This document shows, in pieces, positions 1-13,768 of a DNA stretch of 64,000 nt. This DNA is from Aotus nancymaae (Eukaryota), in assembly GCF_030222135.1 (NCBI RefSeq), contig NW_026988420.1:6643875-6707874 (forward strand), given 5' to 3'. The translations under genes and the position numbers were made by a program. Below the pieces are notes generated by a model. The model did no database searches. It saw nothing but the letters and a program-made list of their open reading frames with translations, and was not told the origin of the DNA. How positions within the stretch are numbered: the first letter of the stretch is position 1; each line of letters opens with the position of its first letter.

Positions 1-1275
1 TTATATTTATGCTTCTGAGACAAAGCCACATATGGTTTCATTTCCCAAGCCTGTAGGTTTGTATTATCTATAATTATAGGAGATACCTTCTTCTCAAATG
101 CTGCTTTTGCACGATTCTGGTTCCATTCATGTGCTTCTCCTAAGTACTTTACATCAAACTGGTACTGTCCATTTATAAAAAAAAATCATCAGTACTAAGA
201 ATGACTCCACTTGGATTATCCTCTTGCAAAGTCCTTGCCAAAAAAGATTTTCCAGATCCTGGAAGTCCTCTGAGAAGAACAAGAACTAGTCCAACATAAG
301 ATGTCTTTTTTCTTACAATCTGAGAAACTGAGGTTTCTTGTACTTGATAAGGGCTTGTTCCAGCTTTATTTCTCCATACTTTTTTTGGGGAAGTGTGAGA
401 AATAACTGAGGGTGGAAATGTATGGTTGACAGATCTCCAGTGTGCAGCTGTGGTTACAACAGGAGCTACAAAGCCATGGTTTCCTTGGAAGAGGTCAAAC
501 GCAGGAATCATTGGATTCCACATCAGTGGAGGTGGAGGAGGCGACAGTAAGGGGAGAGGAGCGAGTACTGGGCAGTAACTTACATCTTTCCCCTTAGTTG
601 GCAGTTCAGGATGTTTGTGTGGCTTGAAGTTGAACCCTTCGGAAGGTAGAAACATATCAGACATTGGAATAGATTTCTGATCCCCACCCATACCTGGTAA
701 ATCAAGCCCTGGAAGGTTTAGAGAAGGCTGAGGTTCACTGGCATCCAAATCTACAGGGGTTTGAGAGAACTGAGCCTCAACATACTCAGATTCTAAAAGT
801 TCTTTCTGTTTTTGATTGAGACTGCTATCGCCCATGATGGAGTCACTTGTTACATTTAAAGAATTACTAAGAAGAGAATCTTCTCGGTGGTTACCTTCCA
901 AAGCCAATGTGTTATCCTTTATAAAACATCTGGACTCATTCAAAACTGAATGTGAAGGTAATGGACTTAAACTTAACGTAGAGGCAGAATTCTCTAAATT
1001 TTCACTGTTTAAATTCATATTTTGTGTAGAAAAAATAGGAGTCATATTACTGGAATCAAAATTTACAAACTCACTCGGGTCATTAAAACTATTAACATCT
1101 TGCGAAGGCAAAAGTGAGTATACTTGGTCATCAGGAGAAGAGTTCAATTTCTCAAAAGCATTCTGTATTAAAGAATCCAGGTCTTCAGTTAGCTGCATGT
1201 CCAAAAATGAATCCATTTTTGAAACTTCACTCTCTTCTTCAGGACGTTTTTCCATTATTTCACTTTCTGCTGCAC
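1..1275 (-). CDS. N4BP2L2: N4BP2L2-like large coding exon (exon 3), partial because it runs off the window start. It encodes a Ser/Pro-rich region followed by a P-loop (GLPGSGKS) polynucleotide-kinase-like domain. The frame is broken by a 1-bp deletion at 177-185.
   Basis: A minus-strand ORF at 173-1255 (plus in-frame extension to 1275) translates to ...[32 protein letters not shown]. The next frame, over 1-172, continues ...[55 protein letters not shown]. This is the N4BP2/N4BP2L1/L2 kinase-like domain signature; compare N4BP2L1 ...STDDFFF...EEAHEWNQKRA...[16 protein letters not shown]. The exon begins after the acceptor ...ccaagtag|GT at 1276/1275. Confidence 0.7.
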
Positions 1276-1379
1276 CTACTTGGTTCTCAGAAACAACGAA
1301 ACTTTATAAAGATGATTCTTCTGTCTTGGTATCAGTGGCAGATAATTCTAATAGACAATCCATAGCATTTTCAACTCAC
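1276..1379 (-). other. N4BP2L2: 104-nt intron (GTGAGT donor, polypyrimidine tract, TAG acceptor) between N4BP2L2-like exons 2 and 3
   Basis: Read on the minus strand, the junction is ...ACAACAACCT|GTGAGTTG...TTTCGTTGTTTCTGAGAACCAAGTAG|GTGCAGCA. Splicing joins the two reading frames exactly (split codon T|GT = Cys). An in-frame stop at 1348-1350 falls inside the intron. Confidence 0.6.
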
Positions 1380-1692
1380 AGGTTGTTGTGGGGATTAAAT
1401 GAGATAATCCATGAAAAAGTGTTGTGTACAAGAACTGGCACCTAGTAAGCACCCAATTAATGTTCCCTTTGAAATCACATTCAGAAAGCATCAAATACAC
1501 TACATCAGGATCCAGATCAGAAAATATCTCTGAGATACTGGTGAAGAGTTCTTCCTGATCAACTTTTGTCTCACCCATGGAAGGAAGAGTAGTGGTTGGC
1601 TCCTCACGAATAGCAACACGGGATACAACTTCCTTAGGGTTTGCAGTCTTCCGAAAAGGATTTCCCCCAAGATTTTTCCTTTGCCTTGGCAT
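1380..1692 (-). CDS. N4BP2L2: N4BP2L2-like coding exon 2 carrying the start codon (ATG at 1692-1690): MPRQRKNLGGNPFRKTANPKEVVSRVAIREEPTTT...EIFSDLDPDVVYLMLSECDFK...
   Basis: On the minus strand the ATG sits in the context gtcagaATGc. The frame stays open for 104 codons to the GTGAGT donor at 1379. A polypyrimidine-AG acceptor lies just upstream (about 1700-1712). The EIFSDLDPDVVYLMLSECDF stretch looks CUE/UBA-like. Confidence 0.55.
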
Positions 1693-1712
1693 TCTGACTT
1701 TCAAAACTAAAA

Positions 1713-1984
1713 TGTTCACCTTTTCTTAGTTAAAATGTTTGATATTTAAGTCATAATTCAAACAAAACAGCGTTAAATATCTTGCACAATCCAGCAGTAA
1801 AAAGACCTTTTAATTAAATTTCTATCATAGCTCTCTCCACCTTCCAGAACTGCACTGTCAATATGGCAGCCACCAGCAACATGTTCTGTCTGTCTAGCAT
1901 CTCTGCTGGCAACATGCTCATTAAGGCCACGGTTGATATATGCAAACTCTACAGCTCTTGTTGATACCCAACATGTCTTCTTAC
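1713..1984 (-). other. N4BP2L2: putative intron 1 of the N4BP2L2-like gene (about 270 nt)
   Basis: On the minus strand a GTAAGA donor at 1984-1979 follows the GC-rich 5'UTR segment (...GCTGCAGGAGCA|GTAAGAAG). A ...cattttagttttgaaag acceptor sits immediately 5' of the ATG. Confidence 0.35.
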
Positions 1985-2460
1985 TGCTCCTGCAGCGGGC
2001 CGAGGGCGTCGAAGCCGGTGCCGCGTAGCCGAGAGCACAAGGCGGCGCCGCGGGTCCGTAACCCTTTCCCGCCGGCGCCACTGTGCTCTCCGGCGCCGCG
2101 CCGGGCTAGCGAGCAGTTGCGCCGCGAGGGTAGAAGCGGCGAGCGCGCCCGGCGGCGAGATACTGCCGCTCTCCGTCCGGCCAGGGAAGAGCAGCCGCGC
2201 AGGAGCCCGCCGCGAGAGGGCGGGTAGGTGGCCGGGTGGGGAGGAGTCTCGAGGCGTCGGCAATGGCTGCCTCGTCGCCCAGGTGGACCGCCGCCCCGCC
2301 TCCCGAGCCCGCCGGCTGTTCGCCACGACCTCTCCTTCGTCCCCGGGCCCCGCCTCGGCGCGGCGGCCCTGGGGACCTGAGCCCGCGGGCGCTCTCACCT
2401 CTCCCGCTCCCTCAAGAGAGTAAGTCCTGCCCGGCCTCTGCTAACTTTAATTTGTTCTTC
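1960..2460. promoter_or_regulatory. CpG island / promoter and non-coding first exon of the minus-strand N4BP2L2-like gene, possibly bidirectional
   Basis: About 500 bp with very high GC and CpG density (gcgccgcgggtccg..., ccggcgccgcgccgggctagcgagc...). It is immediately 5' of the minus-strand gene, and AT-rich sequence starts abruptly at about 1980. Confidence 0.7.
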
Positions 2461-2768
2461 TAGTTCTTTGAGGTATAAAGTTAGGTTGTTTATTTGACAG
2501 ATTCTCCTTAATATAAGTGTTTACTTGTATAATCTTCCCTCTTCATACTGCTTTCTCTGTATCCCATAAGATTCATTACACTGTGTTTTTGTTTCATTTC
2601 TCTTCAGAAATTTTCCAATATTACTTGTGTAATCTTATTACAAAGGTTTCTTTTTTGACTCATAAGTTGTTTAAGAGCATGATAGAAATGGGAGGACAGC
2701 CCTGGTGATTCCCTCCTGCCCAGTCTTCTAGTATTTCACCCACCCTTTTGTGGATGAGTTGGGGTTAA

Positions 2769-3153
<385 letters not shown>

Positions 3154-3399
3154 TGAGCCCTGGGGTGACCTCAGGGACAGTGACTAGGCTTCATCCAGGG
3201 GCTCCCTGTCAAGGGGCTGTTGTGTAGGAGTGGGGGGGAAGACAAAAAAAATCCACCAGAGCTTTGTATTTTTGTTACATACTGTTTCTTTGATAATTTA
3301 TGTGATAATGAGGAAAAATGTCCTATTTTTATACTCCCAAAAAAATTTTTGTTAAGATTTGTTTTGTGGCATAACATATGGTCTATGCTAAAGAACGTT

Positions 3400-5085
<1,686 letters not shown>

Positions 5086-5086
5086 T

Positions 5087-5455
5087 GGCTGTGTCCTCAC
5101 CCACATCTCATCTTGAATTGTAACTCCTACAATTCCTACATGTCATGGGAGGAACTTGGTGGGAGGTAATTGAATCATAAGGGTGGGCCTTTCCTGTGCT
5201 GTTCTCATGATAGTGAAGGAGTCTCATGAGATCTGATGGTTTAAAAAAAAAAATAGGAGTTTCCCTGCACAAGCTCTCTTCTCTTGTCTACTGCCATGAG
5301 AAAACATGAGATGCACCTTTCACCTTCCACCATGATTGTGAGGTCTCCCTAGCAATGTGGAATTGTAAGTCCAATAAACCTCTTTCTTTTGTAAATTGCC
5401 CAGTCTTGGGTATTTCTTTATCAGCAGCATGAAAACAGAATAATACAGGGTCATT
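5087..5455 (+). mobile_element. THE1/MST-type MaLR solo LTR, + orientation
   Basis: It starts ggtttggctgtgtcctcacccacatctcatcttgaattgtaactcctacaattcctacatgtcatgggagg and ends ...cagaataatacagggtc. Both ends match the MaLR THE1 LTR start (TGATATGGTTTGGCTGTGTCCCCACCCAAATCTCATCTTGAATTGTA) and end (GACTAATACA). Confidence 0.8.
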
Positions 5456-5764
5456 ATTTCTTCAAGTAGGACCTCAACCCTTTCTCTCTTCTGTGTTTAA
5501 GAATTCCATAATGCATGTGTTGTTCCATTTGATGATGTCCCATAAGCTCCTTAAGTTTCCTTCACTTTTCCTCATTTTTTTCCCCTCTGACTCAGTAATT
5601 TCAAATAAAGTGTTTACAAGGTTACTGAGTCTTTCTTCTCTTTGGTCAAGTATGAAACCCTCCAGTGAATTTTTCCATTCAGTTATTATATTCTTCAGCT
5701 CCAGAATTATATGTATGTGTGTGTATATATATATATAATGCAATTAAAAAAATGTATATTTTTT

Positions 5765-5955
5765 ATTGCATTTTAGGCTTTGGGGTACATGTGAAGAACA
5801 TGCAGGATTGTTGCATAGGTACATACACAGCAATGTGGTTTGCTGCCTTCCTCCCCATCACCTGTATCTGGCATTTCTCCCCATGTTATCCCTCCCCAAC
5901 TCCCCACCCCCACACTGTCCCTCCCCTAGGGGTTCTTTTCAATAGTTTGTCTCTT
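5765..5955 (-). mobile_element. L1 3'-end fragment (antisense)
   Basis: ttgcattttaggctttggggtacatgtgaagaacatgcaggattgttgcataggtacatacacagcaatgtggtttgctgcc...ccctcccc is the antisense form of the L1 3' terminal region. The same motif occurs at 32500-32650. Confidence 0.7.
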
Positions 5956-5999
5956 TGTTGATAACCTCATTTTGTACATGCATTATTTTCCTAATTTTG

Positions 6000-7200
6000 T
6001 TTTGTGGTTTGTGTTCTCTTTTAGCTCATTGAGCATCTTTAAGATGATTGTTTTAGATTATTTGTCAGGTAATTAATAGATCTCCATATCTTTAGGGTCA
6101 GTTTCTAGAGATTCATTTTGTTTCATTGATTGGGCCAGTTTCTCTCCTTCTTGGTATGCCTTGCAATCTTTTTTTAAGCTTTGGGCATTTCCGGATGGCT
6201 TTATACAAGGTAAGACCTTCACTATCAACCCGCTGGAGATTCTAGGGCTTTTTCCAACTTTTTTTGGCACCATGTCTTCTCTGGGCTGTTTATAATTCCC
6301 CAATTTAAGGTTTGCTTGTCTCTTTTCTGCAGCCTACAATCTCTTGCTCCCCTTGGTGTCTGTCTGTGGTACTACAGTCATATTGTTTCCATAACAAGCT
6401 GCGGCAGTCACCTTTGATCTCATTGACCCCAACTTGGCATCTAAACTGCTGTTCCCATCAGCACTCCAAGTCAGGAGAGATAGAAATCTGCTTCTTAGGT
6501 GAACTGTCAAAAGGCCTGAGTACTGGACCATGGTTGATTCACTTCTCTTTTTCTCTCTTGAGGGAGAAGAGGATTGGAAATGTTCTCCCAATTATACTGC
6601 AGTGTGCTAGGGATAAGGAGTAACTAGGGTAACAAAGAATCTCTCCTTGACCACACTTTAGTCAGATTCCTCTGAACCCTCTACTTAACCAGGCCTTGAC
6701 CTTTGAGCTCCTATATCCATCTTTGCATCACAAAACTGTTTCCTGCAGTTTTAGCAAGAATCTTCCACTCTTGATATCTAATCAAATTAATCATCCTCCA
6801 CCATCCCCCAGATGACATTTGATCACCCTGGCCTGCCTTCAGCAAGAACCCTGTCAAATCAGTTTTACCAGAATGTCACCCTTGCCTTGACATTGCCTCT
6901 TAGTAATTTTCCATCCACTGCTCACCCCCACCCCCCAACTCTGCTCTGACTATAAATCCCCACTTGTCTTGCTGTAACTATGACAATTGTCTTTGCTTTT
7001 CCTTACCAATGGCAAGCAAATTGCCACACAATTTCCTACCTGTTTCAGTGAATCTCTTGGCTTTGTGTACCTTTGGGTGCTGCAAACTTTCAACTGGTTT
7101 TTGGAGTTCTCAGAAAGGCAATTTTGTCCATATGATGTTGTTAAGTTGATGTCTCTGTAGGAGGATAAGGGTCTGGGATTTCCTATTCTGCCATCTTGCT
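6000..7200. repeat. possible old LTR/ERV-derived or other ancient interspersed repeat, family not assigned
   Basis: Unique-looking AT-rich sequence with LTR-like motifs (ctataaatcccc, ttgtcttgctgtaact). I have no confident match from memory. Confidence 0.15.
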
Positions 7201-7230
7201 TATATCAATCAGCACAGTCTTATTTTATAA

Positions 7231-7552
<322 letters not shown>

Positions 7553-7802
7553 ACTGGACTTTTTTGATCTTCCTCTCCAAAACCTAATTTACCACAGTGT
7601 TCCTAAAACAATAAAATGACAACACCTGCTGCCATACAGTATTTAAACTAGAAACTTAGGAATCATCCTTACCTTTGCCCTGTCCTGCCATGTCAAATTA
7701 TTAACCAAGCATTCTTGATTTCACTTTATAAATAGTTATCAAATCTACCCACATCTCCTTACTGCCACACAAAGCCATCCCTTTTCATTTGGATGATTAT
7801 TA

Positions 7803-8105
7803 ACAGTCTTTTTTTTTTTTTTAAACAGGGTCTTACTCTTTCTCTCAGGCTAGAGTGCAGTGCTGTGTGATCACAGCTCACTGTAATCATGAACTCCTGG
7901 GCCCAAACAATCCTCCCACCTCAGCCTCCCAAGTAGCTGGGACTAAAGACACGCAGCATGGTGCCTGGTTAATTTTTTATTTTTTGCTGTCATGAGGTCT
8001 CATTATGTTGCCAGGCTGGTCTCAAACTCCTGAGTTCAAGCAATCTTCCCATTTCAGCCTCTAAAATCATGCTGGGATTACAGGTGTGAGCCACCATGCC
8101 TGGTT
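7803..8105 (-). mobile_element. Alu, minus orientation
   Basis: tttttttttttttaaacagggtcttactctttctctcaggctagagtgcagtg...gctgggattacaggtgtgagccaccatgcctgg. Confidence 0.9.
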
Positions 8106-8762
8106 TATAACAATCTCTTAATTAATTCTTAATTCCTGACTTTAACTCCTCCAATTTAATCTCCATAGTGTAGGTACAGCAATTCTAAAATGCATATGTA
8201 GCCCTGTCATTCTGCCACTTAAAAGCTTTCAGTGTCTCTCTACTGTCTTAGGAATAAATTCTAGCCTCTTTTACAAAGTTTACACAGCTTTTTATTGTTT
8301 ACAATCCCCTGCTCACCCCTCCAGACTCACAAAACAAAGAATTATCTGGTCCAAAATGTCAATAATGTGTGTCAGGTTTGAGAAATCTAGTCCTAGAGGA
8401 TGGGCTCCAGAAAATGAAGGAGTCAGCCAAGAAAAAGAAAGAAACAGAACCCCCAAAATAAGAGATCCAGCAGGAGAAAGCAGCAAAAGAAACTCCCAGG
8501 ATTTATACATTACAAATTAAGAGCAATGACCAACACCAAGTTATTCCTGCTGCTGATGGACATCTCCAGCTTTGGAGGCTTCTGCATTAGCCTGGTGTTG
8601 GTCTTTCCTCCTTTCATTTTCCTAATGGTTAGGCTATTCCTGTGCCCACTGTCAGTGGTGAGGGGGTAGCCTGAGAATCATATTCTGAGTCTTCCATCAG
8701 CTTTAGCCTTGGAGCTGGTCCAGAGAGGAAGAAACTTCAGATGCTCTGAAAGTTTTAATATG

Positions 8763-9070
8763 GGCCAAGCATGGTGGCTCACACCTGTAATCTCAGCACT
8801 TTGGGAGGCCAAGGGAGGCAGATTGCTTGAGTCCAGGAGTTTGAGACCAGCCTGGGCAAAATGGTGAGAACCCATCTTTACAGAAAATACAAAAAATCAG
8901 CTGGGCATAGTGGCACGTGCCCTGTAGTCCCAGCTACTCAGGAGGTTGAGGTGGGAGGATCAACTGAGCTCGGGAGGTTGAGGCTGCATTGAGCCATGAT
9001 AATGCTATTGCACTCCAGCCTGGGTGACAGAGTGAGACTCTGTCTCAAAAAAAAAAGAAAAGAAAAAAGA
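8763..9070 (+). mobile_element. Alu, + orientation
   Basis: gggccaagcatggtggctcacacctgtaatctcagcactttgggaggccaaggg...gcactccagcctgggtgacagagtgagactctgtctcaaaaaaaaaag. Confidence 0.9.
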
Positions 9071-9476
9071 AAGTCATAATTTGAAATAGGTGGGACTGAG
9101 AGCCTCTCACATAGAAAAGTAGGTCCTGCTTAAAGTGGATTAAAAAAGGAGTTTAGGATCTTGTTTGTTGGTTGGTTCTGTCCCTGGAATCTTGCATTTC
9201 AGTTTCCCTATTAGGAGGTTGGATTGGTAAAAGCTACCCTGAATACCAGACTAGTCTGGGAGGAGTCTTACTACTGTGTTGTTAAGGGTTTTGTTTACAC
9301 CTTGGAGAAGCAGGCTTCCTGTAATTCTAGCTGGCTATTCCAGTAGACCTAGAATAGATGGCAGGGAGAGTGGAGAGCTGGCAGCCAATAGCACCACTCT
9401 GTCTTTGCAACTATAAAAATAAATTAACCAGGAATTTATCTGAGAGGTATTGGTGTCTAGAAAAAGAACATCAGGG

Positions 9477-9890
9477 TCCAGGCGCGGTGACTCACATCTG
9501 TAATCCCAGCACTTTGGGAGGCCAAGGTGGGTGGATCACGAGGTCAGAGGTTCAAGACCAACCTGGCCAAGATGATGAAACTCTGTCTCTACTAAAAATA
9601 CAAAAAATTAGCTGTGAGCTGTGAGCTCAGTTGATCCTCCCACCTCAACCTCCTGAGTAGCTGGGACTACAGGGCACGTGCCACTATGCCCAGCTGATTT
9701 TTTGTATTTTCTGTAAAGATGGGTTCTCACCATTTTGCCCAGGCACACTCCTGTAATCCCAGCTACTCGGGAGGCTGAGGTGGAGAATTGCTTAAATCCA
9801 GGAGGTGGAGGTTGCAGTGAGCTGAGATCACACAACTGTACTCCAGCCTGGGCTACACAGTGAGACTCTGTCTCAAAAAAAAAAAAAAAG
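9477..9890 (+). mobile_element. Alu, + orientation. Its central part (9623-9742) has been replaced by an inverted 120-bp copy of a segment of the neighbouring Alu (8852-8971).
   Basis: Left half: ggtccaggcgcggtgactcacatctgtaatcccagcactttgggaggccaaggtgggtggatcacgaggtcagaggttcaagaccaacctggccaagatgatgaaactctgtctctactaaaaatacaaaaaattagctg. Right half: gcacactcctgtaatcccagctactcgggaggctgagg...ctctgtctcaaaaaaaaaaaaaaag. The middle block is the exact reverse complement of 8852-8971. Confidence 0.85.
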
Positions 9891-10121
9891 AAAAAGAATA
9901 TCAGAACAAACCTAAAGAAATTGACAAGAAGGAATAATGAAGATAAAATAAATTAATGAATTAAACAAAGGAAAAAGTCAAATAGCAATAGATGAAGGGC
10001 TTATTCAAAAAAATAGACAAACCCTTGGTAAACCTGAGCAAGGAACAATTAAGAAAATTCAAATACAGAACAACAGACATGAGGAAGGGGTAATACATTA
10101 ATGAAATTCAAAGAATTATAA

Positions 10122-10415
10122 GAGGCCAGGCATGGTGGCTCATGTCTGTAATCCCAACACTTTGGGAGGCTGAGGCAGAAGCATCTCTTGAGGCCAGGAG
10201 TTAGAGACCAGCCTGGGCAACATAGCATGATCCTGTCTCTACAAATAGCCAGGCATGGTGGTGCATGCCTGTAGTGCCAGCTACTCAGAAGGCTGAAGCA
10301 GGAGGATCACTTGATTCCAGGAGCTTGATGCTCCAGGAAGCCACAATTGTGGCACTGCAATCCAGCCTGGGTGACAGAGCAAGACCCTATCTCAAAACAA
10401 TCAAACAAACAAACA
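10122..10415 (+). mobile_element. Alu, + orientation, with a (CAAA)n-like tail
   Basis: ggccaggcatggtggctcatgtctgtaatcccaacactttgggaggctgaggcag...cagcctgggtgacagagcaagaccctatctcaaaacaatcaaacaaacaaacaaac. Confidence 0.9.
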
Positions 10416-10983
10416 AACTCAAGCAGATTTATAAGATAATTTCATATACAACTTTATGCCCATGCATTTCAAAATCTCAATGATATAAACAGATTTCTGG
10501 GAAAATAAATAAATTATCAAAATTAGAACAAGATGTTAAAAGCCAGAATAACCTCCTAATCTGTAGGGGAACTGCTCCATGATGGCCCTGGTCACCTTGC
10601 ACTATCATCATACAAGCAAAAGCTTCAACCACAGCTATCCTGAGTCCTGTGATACTCCTGGAACACAAAAGAATGGGGCTTGAGAGGAGCTGCCATGGGG
10701 CTTCTTCCAGCTGCCTCCTTTTCCCCTGAGGATGCTGCCGGAGTGTTTCTCGTGGCCATCTAGTTCTGATGAGGCCTAAGGCTCAGGCTAAGAATCTCTG
10801 CAGCTGCAGTCTAACACCAGCTCCTCAGCAATGCGGTTGTCTCACAACGCATTTCACAGTAATCTAGTCCTTTTGTTTCCATGTCTATTTTGGGATGTGG
10901 GACAAGGACCACGAGGAACTGACATCTTTGACTACCCTTCCTTTTGCTATTTATGTGAGTAATAAACCATCTAGATCTAAAGA

Positions 10984-11258
10984 AGGGTGGGGTGCAGTGT
11001 TTCATACCTGTAAACCCAGCACTTTGGAAGCCAAGGTGGGAGGATCATTTGAGGTCAGGAGTTTGAGACCAGCCTGGCCAACATGGTGAAACCCCATCTA
11101 CTAACAATACAAAAATTGGCCAGGCGTAGTCTCAGGCATCTGTAATCCCAGCTAATCAGGAGGCTTAAGTCCAGGAGGCAGAGGTTGCAGTGAGCCGAGA
11201 TTGCACCACTGTACTCCAATCTGAACGACAGAGCAAGACTGTTTCAAAAAAAAAATGA
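10984..11258 (+). mobile_element. Alu, + orientation
   Basis: gggtggggtgcagtgtttcatacctgtaaacccagcactttggaagccaaggtgggagg...gagcaagactgtttcaaaaaaaaaa. Confidence 0.9.
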
Positions 11259-12437
11259 AGAAAGAAAATAAAGAAAAATAAATCTTCAAGAAAAATAAAT
11301 CTAAAGAGGGCTTGTTATATCTTTACTGGCTGGAGCTGTCAGGTCATTTCATCTTGCCTGCTCTGTATTTGACATAATCACAGCAGATCAACTGTCTTTT
11401 CTTGGTTTGCCAGATTAAGTTAGTTAAAAGATTGCAAGTGCCCAGTAGCACAGAGAGCATAGGTAAACAGGTACTTCCTTACATTATTACTGGAAACAAA
11501 TACAGTCGGCCCTCCAACATGGATCAGAAATGCAGTTATGCTTATGATGGTTGCATCTGTACTGACCATGTACACACTTTTTTTCTTGTCATTATTCGGT
11601 AAACAATACAGTATAACAAGTATTCACATACCATTAACATTAGATTAGCTATTTAAGTAATCAAGATGATTTTAAATATATGGGAGGATGTTCATAAATT
11701 ATATGCAAACAGTACACCCTTTTGTATCAGGGACTTGAGCATCCTTGAATTTTGGTATCTGCAGCACATTCTGAAACTAATCACCCATGGACATCAAAGG
11801 ATGATTGAACAGGTAAAACAAAATTTGGCAATAGCTATTGTCTTTGTTTTCTGTTGCTTATAACAGAGTACCTGAAAATGGGTAATGTATAAAGAAATGA
11901 AATTTATTTCTTACAGTTCTGGAGGATAGGTCCAAGATTGAGGGAGGGGCATCTAGTGAGGCCCCTCTTGCTGGTGGACTCTCTGCAGAGTCTCAAAGCA
12001 GTGCAAGGCATCACCTGGCAAGAGGCAACACATGCCAGCTGAGGTTTCTCTTCCTCTTCCTACAAAGCCACTAGTTCCACTCCCATGATAAGCCATTAAT
12101 TTATTAATCCATTAATCCAGAATGAATTAATCCATTTATGAGGGAAAAGCCTTCATAACCCAATCACCTCTTAAAGGCCCCACTTCACATGAAGTGAGTT
12201 TGAGAAAGAACAAACATTCAAACCTTAACATCAATGAAAATTTAAATCACTATCGTCTTTCACTCATAAATTCCACTAATAGAAATTCCACTTCTAGAAA
12301 TTTATCTCACAGAAATATAGATACACACACATATGCACTATACATAGCAGTTTATACACAGCACCATATATATATAATATATATAGCAGTTGTAAAACAA
12401 TATGCGATAGAGCTCGTTTTAAAGATTATGAGCCAAT

Positions 12438-12722
<285 letters not shown>

Positions 12723-12934
12723 TTATGTATATATTTATGCTTACATGTGCCAGAGTAAAAATTTGTGATGTCATATTACAAACTGGTTATCTTTGATGAA
12801 TGGGAACTTTATTTCTACCATATATATGTGTTATATATATAAAAATATATGGAATCTATATTATGTATGGTATATATTATATATGGTGTATATATATGTT
12901 GTTTATATATATGTATATGCACACACATATATTT

Positions 12935-13085
12935 TAGAGACAGGGTCTTGCTGTGTTGCCCAGGCTGGAGTGCAGTAATGGGATCATAGCTCACTGCATC
13001 ATGAAACTCCTGGCTTCAAATATTCCTCCTACCTTGGCCTCTCAAAGTGTTGGAATTACAGGTGTGAGGCGTGGTGCCCAACACT
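12935..13085 (-). mobile_element. partial Alu (monomer-length, FLAM/FRAM-like), minus orientation
   Basis: tttagagacagggtcttgctgtgttgcccaggctggagtgcagtaatgggatcatagctcactgcatcatgaaactcctggcttcaaat...ggaattacaggtgtgaggc. Confidence 0.75.
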
Positions 13086-13103
13086 TTTTTTTTAAGAGCC
13101 AGG

Positions 13104-13475
13104 ATCTGATATGGTTAGGCTTTGGGTCCCCACGCAAAATCTCATCTTGAATTGTGTTCCCCATAATCCCCATGTGTCAAGGAAGAGCCAGGTGTAGGTA
13201 ATTGAATCCTGGGGGCAGTTTCCCTCATGCTGTTCTCATGATAGTGAGTGAGTTCCCATGAGATCTGGTGGTTTTATAAGGGGATCTTCACCCCTTCGCC
13301 TGTCACTTCTTCCTGCTGCTGCCTTCAGAAGGTTAGGATTTAAAGACCAGCTTCCTCTTTGCCTTCCGCCATGATTGTAAGTTTCCTGAGGCCTCCCCAG
13401 CCAAGCTAGACTGTGAGTCAATTAACCATCTTTCATTTATAAATTACCCAGTCTCAGGCAGTTCTTTATGACAGT
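13104..13475 (+). mobile_element. THE1/MST-type MaLR solo LTR, + orientation, about 2 kb upstream of the MPHOSPH8 promoter
   Basis: tgatatggttaggctttgggtccccacgcaaaatctcatcttgaattgtgttccccataatccccatgtgtcaaggaag...gccatgattgtaagtttcctgaggcctccccagccaagctagactgtgagtcaattaaccatctttcatttataaattacccagtctcaggcag. Confidence 0.85.
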
Positions 13476-13486
13476 ATGAAAAAGAT

Positions 13487-13753
13487 AGGATCTCACTCTG
13501 TGTCACCCAGGCTGGAATGCAGTGGTGCTCAAGCAAGCCACAATCTTCCTGCTTCAGCATCCCAAGTAGCTGGGACTACGGGTGCCTGCCACCACACCCA
13601 GCTAGTTTTCTTTTTTTATCTTTGTAGAGATGGGGGTCTTGCTATATTACCCAGGCTGGTTTGAACTCCTGGTCTCAAAATATCAGGTGATCCTCCCATC
13701 TCAGCCTCCCAAAGCACTCACTGGGATTACAGGTATGAGCTGCTGTGCCTGGC
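13487..13753 (-). mobile_element. Alu, minus orientation
   Basis: gatctcactctgtgtcacccaggctggaatgcagtggtgctc...cctcccaaagcactcactgggattacaggtatgagctgctgtgcctgg. Confidence 0.9.
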
Positions 13754-13759
13754 TGTTTT

Positions 13760-13768
13760 ATATGTATA

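Noticed and set aside
1773-2398. Overlapping ORFs of 95-149 aa on both strands across 1773-2398 (for example 1949-2398 minus, 1940-2227 plus)
   Set aside because: They fall inside the CpG island. Arg/Pro/Ala-rich translations are typical of GC-rich, stop-poor promoter sequence. The ORF track also allows non-ATG starts.
9611-9628. gctgtgag gctgtgag tandem duplication at the junction of the inverted micro-duplication
   Set aside because: It is too short to report as a separate repeat. It is mentioned under the inverted-duplication finding as a possible junction microhomology or duplication.
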